Assembly: GCA_051294905.1 (NCBI GenBank)
Contig: CM119372.1
Coordinates: 6,202,001-6,266,000, forward strand
Direction of reading: 5' to 3'
Source: Botryllus schlosseri
Taxonomy: Eukaryota
Length of the DNA: 64,000 nt
The position numbers were made by a program, and so were the translations under genes. Below, in pieces: positions 1 to 13,725 of this stretch. The notes beneath the pieces were generated by a model. The model saw only the letters and a list, made by a program, of their open reading frames with translations. It was not told where the DNA came from and did no database searches. The first letter of the stretch is position 1; every line of letters starts with the position of its first letter.

Positions 1-913
1 TTGACTCGAGTCAAGTCAAGTCAATCGATTTTCGAAGGTGACTCGAGTCAAGTCGAGTCACTCGATTTTTGGAGGTGACTCGAGTCAAGTCGAGTCAAGT
101 CAAGTCAAGTCACGAGTCAAGTCACAATTCAAGTCAAAAGTCGCCTTTTCGAAGTATGAGGCATGGTTACGTCATTGCATTTTGCATGCTGTCTAAAATA
201 CAGATTGAGTGGTCATTGATTTTGAACCGATGAACGAATACAGAGTTAAATATACACGCAAGAAGCCGCTATATCGCTCACACATGCGTAGAACTGCTAA
301 ACTACGTAATTGCATAGCCTCAGTTTATAGTCACCAGCCAAAATAGAGAATAGAGAATCGAATTGATAAGATGTAATACATTACCCATTTACAAATTGAT
401 ATGATACAATTCGAGCCTGCGCCAATGGCCGAGGACTATATAGACTATATTCGAATTCAATTTCAATAAAACAAGAGGTTTGGTTAGGTAAGAACAGAGA
501 ACAGAAATAGACATTTTGCTATTAAATTACTGTATTAACCTAGTTTACGACAACGTAAGCTGTAAGCGTCGATCAATTCGTTTGTGGTCAATTTATTTGT
601 GAGAGAACAATGGAGGCTCAGTAAAACGCACGATCATTGAATGATTGGTCGCTCTCACGGGTTACACCAGCGTTTTGCGAACAATCCGAATGTATGCTAG
701 ATACAATGATTTTTATCGACACCGATTACTTGATGACTTGAAATTGACTCGTGAATTTTGCTCCGAGTCACGAGTCAATCCTCATTTTTGATACGCCGAG
801 TCAAGTCAAGTCAAGTCATTTTAGCAAAGTGACTCGAGTCAAGTCAAGTCATACGAAAAAGGTGACTCGAGTCTGAATCGAGTCAAGTCATGACTCGAGT
901 CATCCCAACACTG
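1..913. mobile_element. hAT-type MITE with GACTCGAGTC/(AAGTC)n subterminal arrays (left end outside window)
   Basis: Ends in ATCCCAACACTG; colinear with the full copies at 27545-28548 and 41696-42694. Confidence 0.9.
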
Positions 914-1551
914 GTCTCGGGCCACTTTTAAAATTTCATGGCGGCCGCGGGCCGCATTTATTCAATATCGATATCAAATAGCCCATACAGCTAATCAACG
1001 ACGTTTTAAACCCTAAAGTGATTACAACGCTATGTTATCTAACATAGGCGATGGGCAACGGGCATAGCTACCACAAAAGCAGTAATATTTTATCAAAGCA
1101 ATAAAAATACAACAAAAATCTCGATTAATAATTTCCTTTTATTCTGAACAATGAGCTGTGCACGATACATGACGACGTTTTTCAGCGACTAGGGAATCGA
1201 TATTGAGGCTAGCGAGAGGAGTAAAAAGACTGTCTCCATGCACGTAAAGCTTGATTTTATGGCGAGGCCATAAGCACATTGTCTAAGCGCCCATCGGTCT
1301 TGGCAGTGTTTGGGCCATTGCACGTCAAGGCAATATGCCCATGCCCATTGCCCAATGCCCATTCATATCAGCTGTTCTCCTTCGACGGAATGCTGTTGTC
1401 ATCGCCGTTTTAGTTAGTGAGGAATAGTGATGTTGGACAAATGAGAATGCTTTTCGTAGCATTCTTCCGAAATCTCAAATCAAGTCGCGGGCCGCAAAAT
1501 ATGACCTCGCGGGCCGCATGCGGCGCTCGAACGCCGTGTTGGTGACCCCTG
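914..1551. mobile_element. hAT-type MITE, reverse copy of the family at 62911-63596
   Basis: Ends GTTGGTGACCCCTG; GCGGCCCGC subterminal motifs; internal similarity to 62911-63596 and about 37830-38037. Confidence 0.7.
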
Positions 1552-4500
1552 CGTTAAGCAATAGTTATGCGGCCCTCCACACATGATGCACCTCATAAAG
1601 AAATACCCAGTCGGAATCGTATGCGTCTCACGAATGAAGGTTTTTCGGCTACGTTTGGGAAATTCCAATATATATTTAGAATATGCCTATACAATCCTGA
1701 TGGGTCGTAAAAAATAACAGCATGCAACAAAGTGATTAATAAAATCGAAAGATGCATCATCAATAAGTTTTTGCCAAAACTTTTCGAAGACAACCCCTCC
1801 ATCAACTCTACCAGTTAATCTGCCACGTGGGCTAAGAACGGATAAATCTTTGACAGTAATATACGAAACAACCAATAGTATCGACGAAATTATTTTCACG
1901 GTAGAAAAGTAGTCCAGATAACATTTCCTAGCATTTATACTCGCGATTTTGGTGCATAAATATAGTAAGCCTCCGGCACAGAAAAACTTTTATACGCATG
2001 GTATATCTCAAGAAATCGGTGATGTCACAGAACCCCACAAGGGCTATCCGCCGTGCCAAGTTTCCAGAAGCCAATTTATCGTGAGTATATGACGTCGAGA
2101 TGCGCCATAACGATTCTCCGCCGGAATGCGGTTGTATACGTATGCTTTATATCTAATCGAAATACGGCCCTGAATAGCGAAAATGTTGAACAGGGAACAC
2201 CCGTGTAATGTGGTCAGGGGTGCACGAGTTTCGAGTATACATTAAACGGGTGCACCAAGACGAAAGAGGTTAAAGAGCACTGGTCTGTAGGCTAATATTG
2301 TTGATTCCATGTATTACTATTCATTTTTTTATCCTCTCTCAGTCCCATCGTCCGATATACTAGTCAGGCTGGAGGATGTGGTGTCTTAGAAAATTTCGGG
2401 CACGCAATTCATAATTATAACATCTTCGAACCGGCCCAATTCGTGACCTTCCGTTTGCTATATAGTCAAGAGATATTGGGGTCGACCAAACGTATCAGAC
2501 TATAAGAAAACTGAAGCAAATCTTTTGTGAGACGGACACACAAATTGTCATTTCTTCACGGGCGCATTTTCCTCCGTGGGTGCCCTGGGTGGCATTTGTA
2601 TTGTGGTGCTCAGGTTGGGAGGACAGGATTATTCATCGCGCCCATCCAGCGCGGTCATTGAAAATGGATACGTACACAAAGTAATGGCCGGCACCGAAAT
2701 GCCCATTTTTATGAATTATGCTGAGTTTTTCTTGAAGAGGAGAGGTATGCATTTCGAAATCAAGAAATTTGGCGACATTAAATCGCAAAGAAAATTTTCA
2801 ACTCAAATAAATCTCTCAAAAATAGTCTCTAATTTATGTTGATTTACGAAATAACTTTTTGTACCTTCGAGTTTGCTCACCACTGTGTTGGGAGGCTTGG
2901 TTACGGCCCTTGCAAGAATGCAAATAGTTGGGTGCAAGAAATCGTCACCTATAAAGTTGAGCAATGCGTATATTCTGACGTAAACAGCAAATGACGTCAC
3001 GCGTCTCATTTATGCGTGCTAAAAAGAGACTCCGACTCTATTAGGCGAAAAATTGCCAAACTCCGACTCCGACTCCACAGCCCTGGTTTAGGGACAAGCA
3101 AATTTCAAGTTATGTTCAAGAGTTTCTTGGCGGTACAGAACTTCAGTATACAATTGAATGGTATATTCATATTGAAATGAACCCGAATAGTTTCGGCTGA
3201 CACTCGTCAGGGGTAATCGTCAGCGACTAGTAGAGAATTGGAAAGAGCATCGTATATCAACAATCGTATCACAAAATATGACGTCACCAGCATGAAACTT
3301 CGAATGAGAGAGCGTATGACGATTACCCTTGACGAGTGTCAGCCGAAAATATTCGAGTAATAAGTACGTTGAATGGACATTGATGGACACGTGACACGGC
3401 ATGCGACTTGTTTTCTGAACCGAACGCCCGAACGAGGGCGAAATTATCGAATGGAAACATGGAATGGAAACGACCGACATTTTGCCTTCGCTCTGCTTCG
3501 CTGAGGCTGGATTCGCGATCATGTCGTGGCAGCGACTGTGTGATTTCTGGCCATCCCATAGCTGGCGTCTGGAGAGCAGAATTTAATAAGACTGGTCTTG
3601 ATCGAAAGGTAGTGTCGCACTGATTCCGAAAATACAAATTAAAATATGATTAAGCTATGTCTTATAGAAGCCTAGAAGTGGGCCGTGCTGCTGGTACGGT
3701 ATAAAAATGAAGAATATCGATATTCAGTATAAATTGTTTGTATTTCGAAATGAATGTGGACAGGACATGCTCTATTACTGTCGGATAGCCAGCGAAATAT
3801 TGTTCCAAAAATTGTGTCCAGCATATTTGATGGAGCGACGATCATTTTTGTCTACCATATGGTAGTTCAGGAGCGGGCAACATACGGCCCGCGGGCCGGA
3901 TCCGGCCCGCAAAATGGTTTTGTGCGGCCCGTGGACTGTTTTCCGTCTTCCATGATAATGTGGCCCGCGGCACCAGTCTGCCGAGATCCCCCATTACTTG
4001 CTTACTAGATCCAATTTTAGTGACTGTATGTTATTATATACGTGTATGCGCAGCGTGCGAGAGTGGAGCTTACGCGTAAGTTCGTCCCAGCCAGAAGACT
4101 TGCATTATCGGCATTTACCATGTACTCAACTATAATGTCGTTTGTGGTAGTCATGGTGTTTGTCGACTACAATGGTCATTTACACAAGGCTGATATTTCT
4201 TATTTTTGCTTCCGCAACTGCCGACATATAGCACGGCACACTTCTAGGCTTGTAAGCAATGTTTCCTCTATGCTCCGCACGTGCGCAAATGCGCAGTGCT
4301 GTCACGGTCTTTGCGCTCAGAAAATATTCTGCTTTTTGCTACCGAAAGGAGTTATTAGTTCAGGTAGGGTTGATTTTGAGTTTTTTTGAAGCCGTCGTCG
4401 TCGCCGTGGGTAGAGGCAATCCCACCAATGACGCCTAGACGGGGGAGAGATCTATCGTAATGCATTGGGATTCTTACCAAAGCATATTACGTTTTGATAT

Positions 4501-4919
4501 ATTGGGCCACAAGAATTCCAAATGAATCCACAACATAAATGATATAGGGTGCCTTAAAATGGTAATTTTATTGTCTGATTCGCTGCCTTCGGCAGCTCAA
4601 CACGGTGGCAACATTTTGACCGCCTTCGGCGCGCGTAACTTATGTAGGTGATAAACGAGCACAGCATACAACCTCGGAAGGGTACGTGGGTGGGAAAAGG
4701 TTAGGGACCACTGCGTTAGTTGACTAAAGCTCTCTGAAAATGACTGTTGAACCTCTTGTCATCTACAATATTAGGATAGGAGGCCTTCCACATCAGATTT
4801 GATCCATAAGATCTCAGAATACAGAGTAAATGCCAGATAAATGCCCTAATGAACGTACCCTCAATATCTTGCAATTCTTGTTGGATACATTACACTCACC
4901 GCATAATTGCCAATCACAG

Positions 4920-5036
4920 ACATCGACGAATGCGCTTCGGATCCGTGCGGCACCAACGCCAACTGCACCAACTCAAAAGGAAGCTTCACCTGCACATGCA
5001 ATACCGGATATTCAGGAGACGGATTCACTTGCGAAC
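4920..5036 (+). CDS. Gene A exon: calcium-binding EGF domain (phase 1-1)
   Basis: cag|AC ATC GAC GAA TGC...TGC GAA C|gtgcgt, 117 nt; xIDECASDPCGTNANCTNSKGSFTCTCNTGYSGDGFTCE has 6 Cys and the C-x-N-x4-F-x-C-x-C consensus. Confidence 0.9.
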
Positions 5037-5634
5037 GTGCGTCCAGTTACACTTTTTACTCTGTAATCCGGGGGTCGGCAACCCCCGGCACGCGTATCAT
5101 TTGTGGCACCCGGGATGATTTTGCATGACACGCCAAAGGCTTTGACGCACACAACATCTTATTACCGTGTTTGTTGCAAAACGTTTAACGTAAGTTTTCA
5201 AAATGGAAAAAGCTCGTAAACGACTCAAAATTATTTTGTAAACCAACATAAAATAGAGTTGTTGGGCCGCTAAATTATATTCACTTTGAACATTTTTTTT
5301 GCGCTTCGCGCGATTTACTTGGACCTATTTTCTTGACTGTCATGTGGGAAACCTTATATCGTATGAAACCCTATCGATGCTTTAGTCCAGTACTTCCCAA
5401 CCGGTGGGTTGCAAAGTTATTTCGGGTGGGTCACGAATAATTTTAAAATTTTACAGTTTCCTAAACAATATTCCAGGTAACTTAACTTCTGCCTATTACA
5501 AGTTCTTATCCTCTAAAATAAGTTATTTTCGCGCCCAGGCGCCGCGTTCTCGTGCTAACAATATAATTCGTGAGTCAGATTTTCGTGGCATGTCATCTTG
5601 ATTGTAGCGCAAAATTGGACAGTTTGTTATGGTG

Positions 5635-6579
5635 TAGGGATGGTGTGAACGTGAGGTTCACGTTCGTGTTCTGTGTGTGAACCTCGGAAAATTTGAGGTT
5701 CGCGTTCACAACAGAACCTTGGTAGGTTCTGCACTGTGAACCTTTTTCATATATTGCAATTTTCACTTCATTATAACATCTTTGGTTCAAATTTATTGAC
5801 TTTCAACTGCGGGCCACTATATGCATGGGGCTGGCAGCGCAACACTAAACGTGCATGCCCCTGGCAATCTCAAAAATTTACTTGTATTGTTACAAAAGTT
5901 TGCCCGAAATATCCAGCCTTCCGTTTGTGCATATTTAGTGTCTCTGTGCTGTGAGCTTGACCCGCAATCACATGGCATCAAGAGCGAAATACACTGTATT
6001 TTGTCAGCAAATGATCCTTATCCAACCAATCAATGAGATTGATATAGTCTTCTGATGTAAAAATCTAGCAGGCGTACGGGGTCAATCTCGACTACATATG
6101 TATACTGTATCATAAAAACCAAATTCGTGCGACTGGGGTGTTGGCTATACTGCTGTATAACTTGTTAATCGGTAGCAAGTAGGCTATAGAAACCCATTTT
6201 ACACTCTGCTCAATATCCATGGGGCAATACTCAGACGCCGAATACATTGTCCGATCAGGTCGCAATTGTTGGCAAAGCGACGCAAGATACTGATTTTATG
6301 GGAATAATATATCATTTGATTGCCCCTGTTGATACATTTGGCGACGTTTCAAACGTTAATATGTACTTAAGTACTGAGCTATTATGTGGCCCCGAGTCGT
6401 CGCTCGGTATCGTGTACAGTAGATTAATATAGGCAATCACCCAATTAAAATATGGGGTTTAAATTAGCAACATGACGCCACGTGACGTCATGAGGTTCAC
6501 GTTCGTGTTCACACAGAACGTTTCAAAAAGGTTCACGTTCACACGAACCTGAACCTTTCAGAGGTTCACACCATCCCTA
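5635..6579. mobile_element. hAT-type MITE
   Basis: TIRs TAGGGATGGTGTGAAC...GTTCACACCATCCCTA with perfect TSD TTATGGTG; a partial relative lies at about 40741-41490. Confidence 0.9.
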
Positions 6580-7722
6580 TTATGGTGTAATGTTAAGCCT
6601 GAGAATTGGAATTAATTGCTTTTTCCTCCAAAGGCTTTGCGTACGTTGATCGGGAAATGCAGCAATCCAGCTCGATTTGCTGTTATAATGAGCAAACAAT
6701 TGCCACGACGCAAGCTACTCAGAACCCGATTGCGTTCAACGTAAAATATACGCGCTTTCTCGTTTGTAATAATCTGTTACGTGTAATAATTCTTGTCTGC
6801 TTCATACACTAGTATTCCTGAATTTTCTCCCTACTCGGTATCCAGTTTAACTCGTTACTCTACGACGCATTGTGCGTGGAGAGATAGCGTTGTGATTCGC
6901 AGCTGCAACACCAATTGGTTGCGGATTCGAGTAAGGCCGAGGCTGACTCCATTACCCATCCCAAGTGTTGGATGTTTATCTGTAGGCTGCTACTCGCCAT
7001 CTCATCAGCGTAAACGTTGTCGTAAAAAGATGCGAGTGCTACAAGTCGGCAGCTGCGGAATCAAAATATAGAATACGAGCCTGGTGTAAATGGCTATCGC
7101 AGTCGAAAAACACCACGAATACCACAAACAACAACGGCGCATTGTGCGATGATTCACGATTTCATCCGTTTTGTCATATCTCATGGTGGGTCGCAAAATG
7201 AAATGTGGATGAAAAATGGGTCGCGAACTGAAAAATATTTGGAAGCACTACTTCAGTCTATAGGAGTGGGTACTGTGAAGCACGTGGGAGCGCGACTATT
7301 TTATGAAGTGGAATGTCAGCGCTATTGTATCGTGTATATCCGTGCATGTCCACGCCAACTACTATACATTCATGCCTACATTTCTCAGAGGCGGAATATA
7401 CATAGAGTTTTAGTACTTTTACAAATAGATTAATTCGATACTCCGCATTTAGGCTTATCTTTATTCTAAATTGCTTGCTACGATGTCCCACGCTGGCTAC
7501 ATAAATGCAAATGTACTCGGTATTACATGTGGATCTGCGGTGGCAGAATAACAGTATGACAGTATCTGTCTTCGGCGACAAATTAAATCATTTTTGAAGT
7601 TTTGCATTTGAATCCTTGAAATTTATGTCGCAGCAATATCAAATCCATATATTGCCATGACATATCACTGGCCCAGTTGACCAAGTACGACTATTGATAT
7701 ACAAAATTCAATTTCATTGCAG

Positions 7723-7901
7723 ACACGCCAACGCAAGATATCGCTCCACCGATTATTGGGGCCGTGCTGGCATTCGTCATCATCGTTCTATTAGCCCTTC
7801 TCGTCTGTGTGCTGGTCAGAAAGCGCAGAACGTCAAAGGATAAGCACGACTCGTCCCACGTCTACATGGACGCTATTGGAGTCCAACCACCAGCGCATTA
7901 A
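7723..7901 (+). CDS. Gene A terminal exon: TM helix and short cytoplasmic tail
   Basis: tttcattgcag|AC; (H)TPTQDIAPPIIGAVLAFVIIVLLALLVCVLVRKRRTSKDKHDSSHVYMDAIGVQPPAH*; in frame with 4920-5036; paralogous to 57622-57794. Not in the ORF track. Confidence 0.88.
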
Positions 7902-9814
7902 ACCGATTTTCGATTCCAAATGTTTAGGACTCAAGTCAAATTCCTTAGCTAATCATTTCCAATAGAGAACACAGTGACGATGAGATGGAAAACTGTCAGT
8001 ACGCGCTGAACTGTTTGAGTCATTTGACCCGAATCGGATTGATCTGAAAAACTACCGCACGGACACCTCATTTATTTCTTGATTAATAACTTCCGTTATG
8101 CAATAGTTGGCGTACTGCCGCAGCAAAAATGTATTGTGCTTTACACCCGTATAATTTATTCCGCCGTGCCATAAAGTATTCCTCTAAATTAGAAACGATG
8201 TAGCTAGCTAATCGGCACAGTCTTGAGTCCGCAACCGTAATGAAGATGAACAACCATGCCCGCGCATGTGAATGACTACTGAAATTACGGCGGTGCATAT
8301 TTTCAATATGATATGCACTCGCTTTGTAAGAATTCTTATCTGCCGAAATACCTTCCGTAGAAATATATTTATCGGCATGTTTTATTCAATGTTCCGTTTT
8401 TTCTAAATTCGCAGTTCGGATATAGTGGGCGGAAGCCCCAGAAAGCTGTATCACAGGATTTTGCGGGAGCAAGATGTCACATATCTGATAGACCACATAC
8501 AGATCAAGGTCAGGACGAGTACTTTGCGGTCGGATTAAATCCAGGGCAGACTGGGCACTTCGAAAACTTGATTGATTCGATACTGAATCGACTATGGGCT
8601 TTGGCTCAAGTGGAGTATTGACGACGTCAGAGCAGTATACTATATGATTTGAAGGGCTCTTCAAATATACCTATGAATCATCATAGCCTGCGACCACATG
8701 GAACACGATGCCAGTTAGCCTATATCACATTAAGATATTTGAGTGTTTTGCGGTTTTGTGTAAATGTGGATCACTACTTCAGAGAAAAGACGTTTCCGTC
8801 GACGTATGTACCTTTATGCTACATATTTTGGATGCTCTGATAAAAATAACCCTGGTTTCAGAGCTTCTAAGGCGGGAAGAAAGTATCGATACTGCGACTC
8901 TCATTAATGGGCATTTCGGTGTCGGCCATTACCGCGTCACGACGCACCAAGACGAATGAAGTTTTAGGCCATGTAAAAGATGCGACTCCGATAAGTGTGC
9001 CAGAACCATCGACAGTGGCGCCGAGTGTTCCTGTCCCCGCAAGACACACACTCTTAGCGAAAAGAGTGGGTATACTCACCCCAAAAGGTGGTACACGAAA
9101 ACAGAACTTACGTAACCCTGCGGGTGTATATGACCAGAATCCACCCCATTCCTTGCGGTGTATATCGCATATCTCACCCTAGCCATTAGAATTGATAGGG
9201 GCGGAATTTGAATATATCCACCCTACTTGAAATCCTGTATCTTCTGCCAAATGACACACTATTGCATATAAACATTCTTGATTGCAATGCATATATTCGA
9301 TATCAATTGAACCATATTAACATAAAATGGAAACATAGTTCGTGAAATAACAAAAACAGAGATCCCAGCGACGGAGAAAAAAATTCACTGAAAATACTGC
9401 TCGAAGAATATTGCCCCTGTAATATTGGGAAGCCGCCTCCTCCAGGTTTCCGCAAAACACTCTTTGTACAGCGAAGGTTGAGTCACTATCTTCAGCAAGA
9501 ACTTGTGGCATCATCCTTAAATCAAAATGCATACTCACAACCCAATTAACAGGCACATACGCTATGATAACTTAACGAAGTCCACAAAAATAGAAGCCGT
9601 TACCAAGTATATATATTTTCACAGAGTACTTACAAAAAATCAGATGTTTCACTCGATAAGGCATTGCAGTACAGACTGTGGCCCGATACGGTGAACTTAC
9701 CGCTATAGGAAACATATTCACACACGATCACTGATGTGTGGGCAATTAGGCATCGACAAGATGGAAATTTATGGATAAACCGCATGTACCAGGCAGACTT
9801 GGACATTGGGTGGA

Positions 9815-10278
9815 GACGATGCACACCAAATTTGACTCAATTCCAACCAGTAAAGGCCGTGCAATCTCGAATTGAAATTTTTAATTTATTAGGAAAAAAA
9901 TGAAAAAAATTTCAAATTTTCCTGTCAACCTCATGAAATTGTTGGGTTGTCTTCAAAGACGATGCAAAACAAATTTGACTATATTCTAACTAGTAGAAGC
10001 AGAACTATCTGAGTTTTTCGTTGATAATTCCCATTGAATTGAGGATTATCAACGAAAAACTCAAATAGCTCTGCTTCTTCTAGTTGGAATCCCCATTGGA
10101 TTGGGGATTATCAATGAAAAACTCAAATAGCTCTGCTTCTACTTTCAATTCAAGATTGCACTGCCTTTACTGGTCGGAATTGAGTCAAATTTGATGTGCA
10201 ACGTTTTCTTAGACAACCTGATAATTTAGTCACTAAGCGAGTGAGATTTGGAAAAAAGTTTTTTCTTGAACAACCCTA
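9815..10278. mobile_element. Truncated foldback element related to 34470-35086
   Basis: Internal hairpin at about 9993-10080; ends GAACAACCCTA. Confidence 0.7.
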
Positions 10279-10286
10279 CTGTAGAA

Positions 10287-10914
10287 TAGGTGTGTTCAAA
10301 AATTACTTTTTCAAATTCTACCGGCTACATGATAAAATTGTTAGGTTACCTAATTGACGCCTGCACACCATATTTGGTTCGATTCCAACCAGTAGCCGCA
10401 TTGCTACAGAAGAAAGTTTTTTGTTTATTATATGAAAATGAATAAAAAAAGACTTGAAATTTTCTGTTCACCCCATTAAATTGTTAGGTTGTCCATAGAA
10501 ACAATGCTCAACCGATTTGGCTCAATTCCAACCAGTGGAAGCGGTTGGATTTGAATAAAATAGCATTTACGGGGACCGATTCTTTAATCATTTATTACAA
10601 TTGTGGCCACCGTAAATACCATTTTATTAAATTCCAAATTTTTCGACATCAATAACTCCGCTTCGGCTGGTTTGAATTGAACCAAATTTGGTGGGCATCG
10701 TTTCTATAGACAACCTAACAATTTCCTGGGTAAACAGAAAATTTTGAATTTTTTTCACTCATTTTTAAATGATAAATAAAAAACTTCCTTCTGCAGTAAT
10801 GCGGCTTCTGGTTGGAATTGAACCATATTTGGTGTGTAGCCTTCGATTCGCTAATCTAATAATTTTATCAAGTAGCCAGTAGAATTTGAGAATAAAATCA
10901 TTTTAACACCCTTA
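10287..10914. mobile_element. Foldback (long inverted repeat) hAT-like element
   Basis: About 300-bp imperfect inverted arms, TAGGTGTGTTCAAAAA...TTTTAACACCCT; paralogue of 12008-12672. Confidence 0.8.
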
Positions 10915-11269
10915 TTGTACAGCGAGCTTGGCTGTTTCGCACTATACAGTTCTGCTGTAGCATTTCCAGGAAAACCAGACATTAAATTAGAAATGAAACT
11001 AGGCTATAGAAAGATTTCATACATTCGATTAGAATTGGAATTAGAGCTTAGAAACATTTCACAAATTAGAATAGCTTCATTTAGTATAATTAGACAACTA
11101 GAATATCTATAGTTGTCCAAGTTCGGCAACACCGCTTGCATCAGAAATAACTGAATATATTTTGAAGATTCTTTCTGTTAGTAGTGTCATATGCCATTAG
11201 TAATTTTATATTAGTCGCAAAGATTCACATCGTAATTTTCAAAGTAGAAACCTCCGAAAAACTGCTTAC

Positions 11270-11591
11270 CATACTTGTCTATTTTTCCGACATTTCGTAT
11301 TCTACTTCTACTTGACGTAGCTTTGACTTGTACTGGGGACTGTTGCATCTACATAAATTGACGACGGTATTTCTACATCGACTTGAGTAGCAGCGTTGGT
11401 AACTTTGACCATCTCTGCTTTGGTTTACCTCATATATGCGACTACGAAAGTTGACATCAGGTGTCGCTAACAAAGTTGTCATACCTGCTGGCTTGATAAC
11501 GAGTCTTTCAGTTTTCGCATCATACTCTCAAACTCCGTTAGTTCCTGTGATAGAATCTTGCTCTTGCAGCATGCAGTCTTTAAGCAGCATC
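11270..11591 (-). CDS. Putative orphan exon pair, copy 1 (11591-11485, 11348-11270)
   Basis: Canonical AG/GT borders; open frame GCCLKTACCKSKILSQELTEFESMMRKLKDSLSSQQ|MQQSPVQVKATSSRSRIRNVGKIDKY; the same frame is open in copy 2. Confidence 0.4.
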
Positions 11592-12007
11592 CTAAATTTT
11601 GAAGAAAATCAGAGAAATACATGCATGGACTTGAGTTAAATCTGACTACTTGGTATTAATACAAAACACGAAACGTTTCCTGGTTGGGCAATATTAACTT
11701 TCAGAGTGGATTCAAAGCGACCACAGATACTAGTCTGATTATAGAAACCTTGACTTGCCTTATATATGGAAATTAGCAAATTAGCTGGAAGCTAATGATT
11801 ACCTTGCAATATGTGCTGTTTGATGAAGGTCCATCACTGTTTCGAAGCATACGGTTTTACGGTTCAATGCGACGTCGACTTGGTTGATATCCCCTGACAT
11901 GATCGTGTATCATAACATCCTAAAATTGAAAAATAACCACGAAGTATAAACGTTTAGTTGGCAATTTGGATTGGATTCTAAACTCCCAAGTCATCTGATA
12001 TGTGCAA

Positions 12008-12672
12008 TAGGGGTCTTCAAAAATGACTTTTTCTCTCAAATCGTACTGGCTACTTGATAAAATTGTTAGGTTACCTAATTGAAGCCTGCACACCAAATTT
12101 GGTTCGATTCCAACCAGTAGCCGCATTGCTACAGGAGAACAAAGTTTTTACTTATCAGGCCTATATGAAAATGAGTAAAAAAAAATTAAAATTTTCTGTT
12201 CACCCATTATATTGTTAGGTTTTCTATAGAAAGAATGCTCAACCGATTTGGCTCAATTTCAACCAGTGGAAGCGGAGTTATTGGCGTCGAAAAATTTTGG
12301 ATTTCAGTAAAATAGTATTTACGGTGACCGATTTTTAAATCATTTATTACAGTTGCGCCCACCGTAAATACTATTTTATTCAAATCCAAAGTTTTCGACA
12401 TCGATAACTCCGCTTCGGATGGTTTGAATAGAGGCAAATTTGGTGGGCATTGTTTATAGACAACCTAACGGTTGCATGGGTGCACAGAAAATTTTGAATT
12501 ATTTTTACTCATTTTTATATAATAAATAAATAAACTTTCGTCTCCCGTAGCAATGCGGCTGCTGGTTGGAACCGAACCAAATTTAGTGTGCAAGCTTCAA
12601 TTAGGTAACCTAACAATTTCATCAAGTAGCCACAAGAATTTGAGAATAAAAAGTCATTTTTGAACACCCCTG
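12008..12672. mobile_element. Foldback hAT-like element (paralogue of 10287-10914)
   Basis: TAGGGGTCTTCAAAA...TTTTGAACACCCCTG with long inverted arms. Confidence 0.8.
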
Positions 12673-12850
12673 CTGTACAGCAAGCTTGGCACGTTTCGCA
12701 CTATATAGTACTACTGTAGCATTATCAGGAAAATCAGACATTGGATTATAATTGAATTTAGACCATAGAAAGATTTCATAAATTCGATTAGAATTAGAAT
12801 TAGAGCATAGAAACATTTCACAAATTACAATGGCCTCGATTAGTATATTT

Positions 12851-13108
12851 AGAGAGAGAGACATGGTATTCTTTTTCGCCTGCACCATCGAGATGCTTTT
12901 TGACAACGGACATGCGATACGGCCTTTATAGTAAGGTCATCTAATCTGCACCCCCGTTTTTTTCTCCTCCATGCTATCCGTGATTGCTGAGCGCCTAGCG
13001 GGATAGCCGCGAATACCAGTTTTTGAGTCTTTGGTCTGACCCGGCCGGGGATTGAACACGCGACGTACCGATCGAGAAGCCGGACGCACAACCATTACAC
13101 TATCTCGC
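12851..13108 (-). mobile_element. tRNA-derived SINE (core reminiscent of MetaSINE)
   Basis: Minus strand: A box TAGTGTAATGG, B box GTTCAATCCC, then GGGTCAGACCAAAGACTCAAAAACTGGTA...GGCGCTCAGCA and a (CT)n tail; absent from the paralogous site near 11095. Superfamily assignment is from memory only. Confidence 0.8.
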
Positions 13109-13277
13109 TAGAATATCTAGTTGTCCAAGTCTGGCAACACCGCCTATATCAGGATAACTGAATATATTTTTGAAGATTCTGTCTGTTAGTAGTGTCATAT
13201 GCTATTAGTAACTTTACAATAATCGCGAACATTCATATCGCAATTTTCAAAACAGAAACTTCCGAAAAACTGCTTAC

Positions 13278-13599
13278 CATACTTAACTATTCTTCCGACA
13301 TTTTGTATTCTGATTCCACTTGACGTAGTTTTGACTTGTATTGGGAAATGTTGTATCTACTTGTAATCGAGTATAAATTGACGGCAGCATTTCTACATCG
13401 ACTTGAGTAGCAACGCTAGTAACTTTGACAATCTCTGCTCTGGTTTACTTCATATATGCGACTACGAAAGTTGACATCAGGTGTCGTTAACAAAGTTGTA
13501 ATACCTGCTGTCTTGATAACAATTCTTTCAGTTTTCGCAGCATAGTCCCAAGATTGGTTAATTCCTCTAATGTAATCTTGCTCTTGCTGCGTGCGGTCT
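13278..13599 (-). CDS. Putative orphan exon pair, copy 2 (13599-13505, 13356-13278)
   Basis: Canonical borders; xTARSKSKITLEELTNLGTMLRKLKELLSRQQ|IQHFPIQVKTTSSGIRIQNVGRIVKY. Confidence 0.4.
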
Positions 13600-13725
13600 C
13601 TAAAATTTAGAGAAAATCAGATATAGAAAAATTGATATGAATTTAATATTGATTCAAAACACGTTTGAAACGTTTCCTCCTCAGGCAATATTGACTTTCA
13701 GAATGGATTCAAAGGGACCACAGAT

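Noticed and set aside
1..913. GACTCGAGTCAAGTC arrays as a CRISPR array or satellite
   Set aside because: There is no repeat-spacer periodicity; they are subterminal repeats of a TIR-bounded MITE in eukaryotic DNA.
2343..2495. Possible gene A exon after a strong polypyrimidine/AG acceptor
   Set aside because: The phase-1 frame stops early, and the open frame has no recognisable domain or good donor.
7855..7880. ITIM or ITAM in the gene A tail
   Set aside because: HVYMDA does not fit (S/I/V/L)xYxx(I/V/L), and there is only one Tyr.
13040..13108. tRNA gene on the minus strand
   Set aside because: It is the head of a SINE that is absent from the paralogous segment.
13278..13330. RHIM motif in IRIQNVGRIVKY
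   Set aside because: It lacks the (I/V)Q(I/V/L)G core; the resemblance is only superficial.
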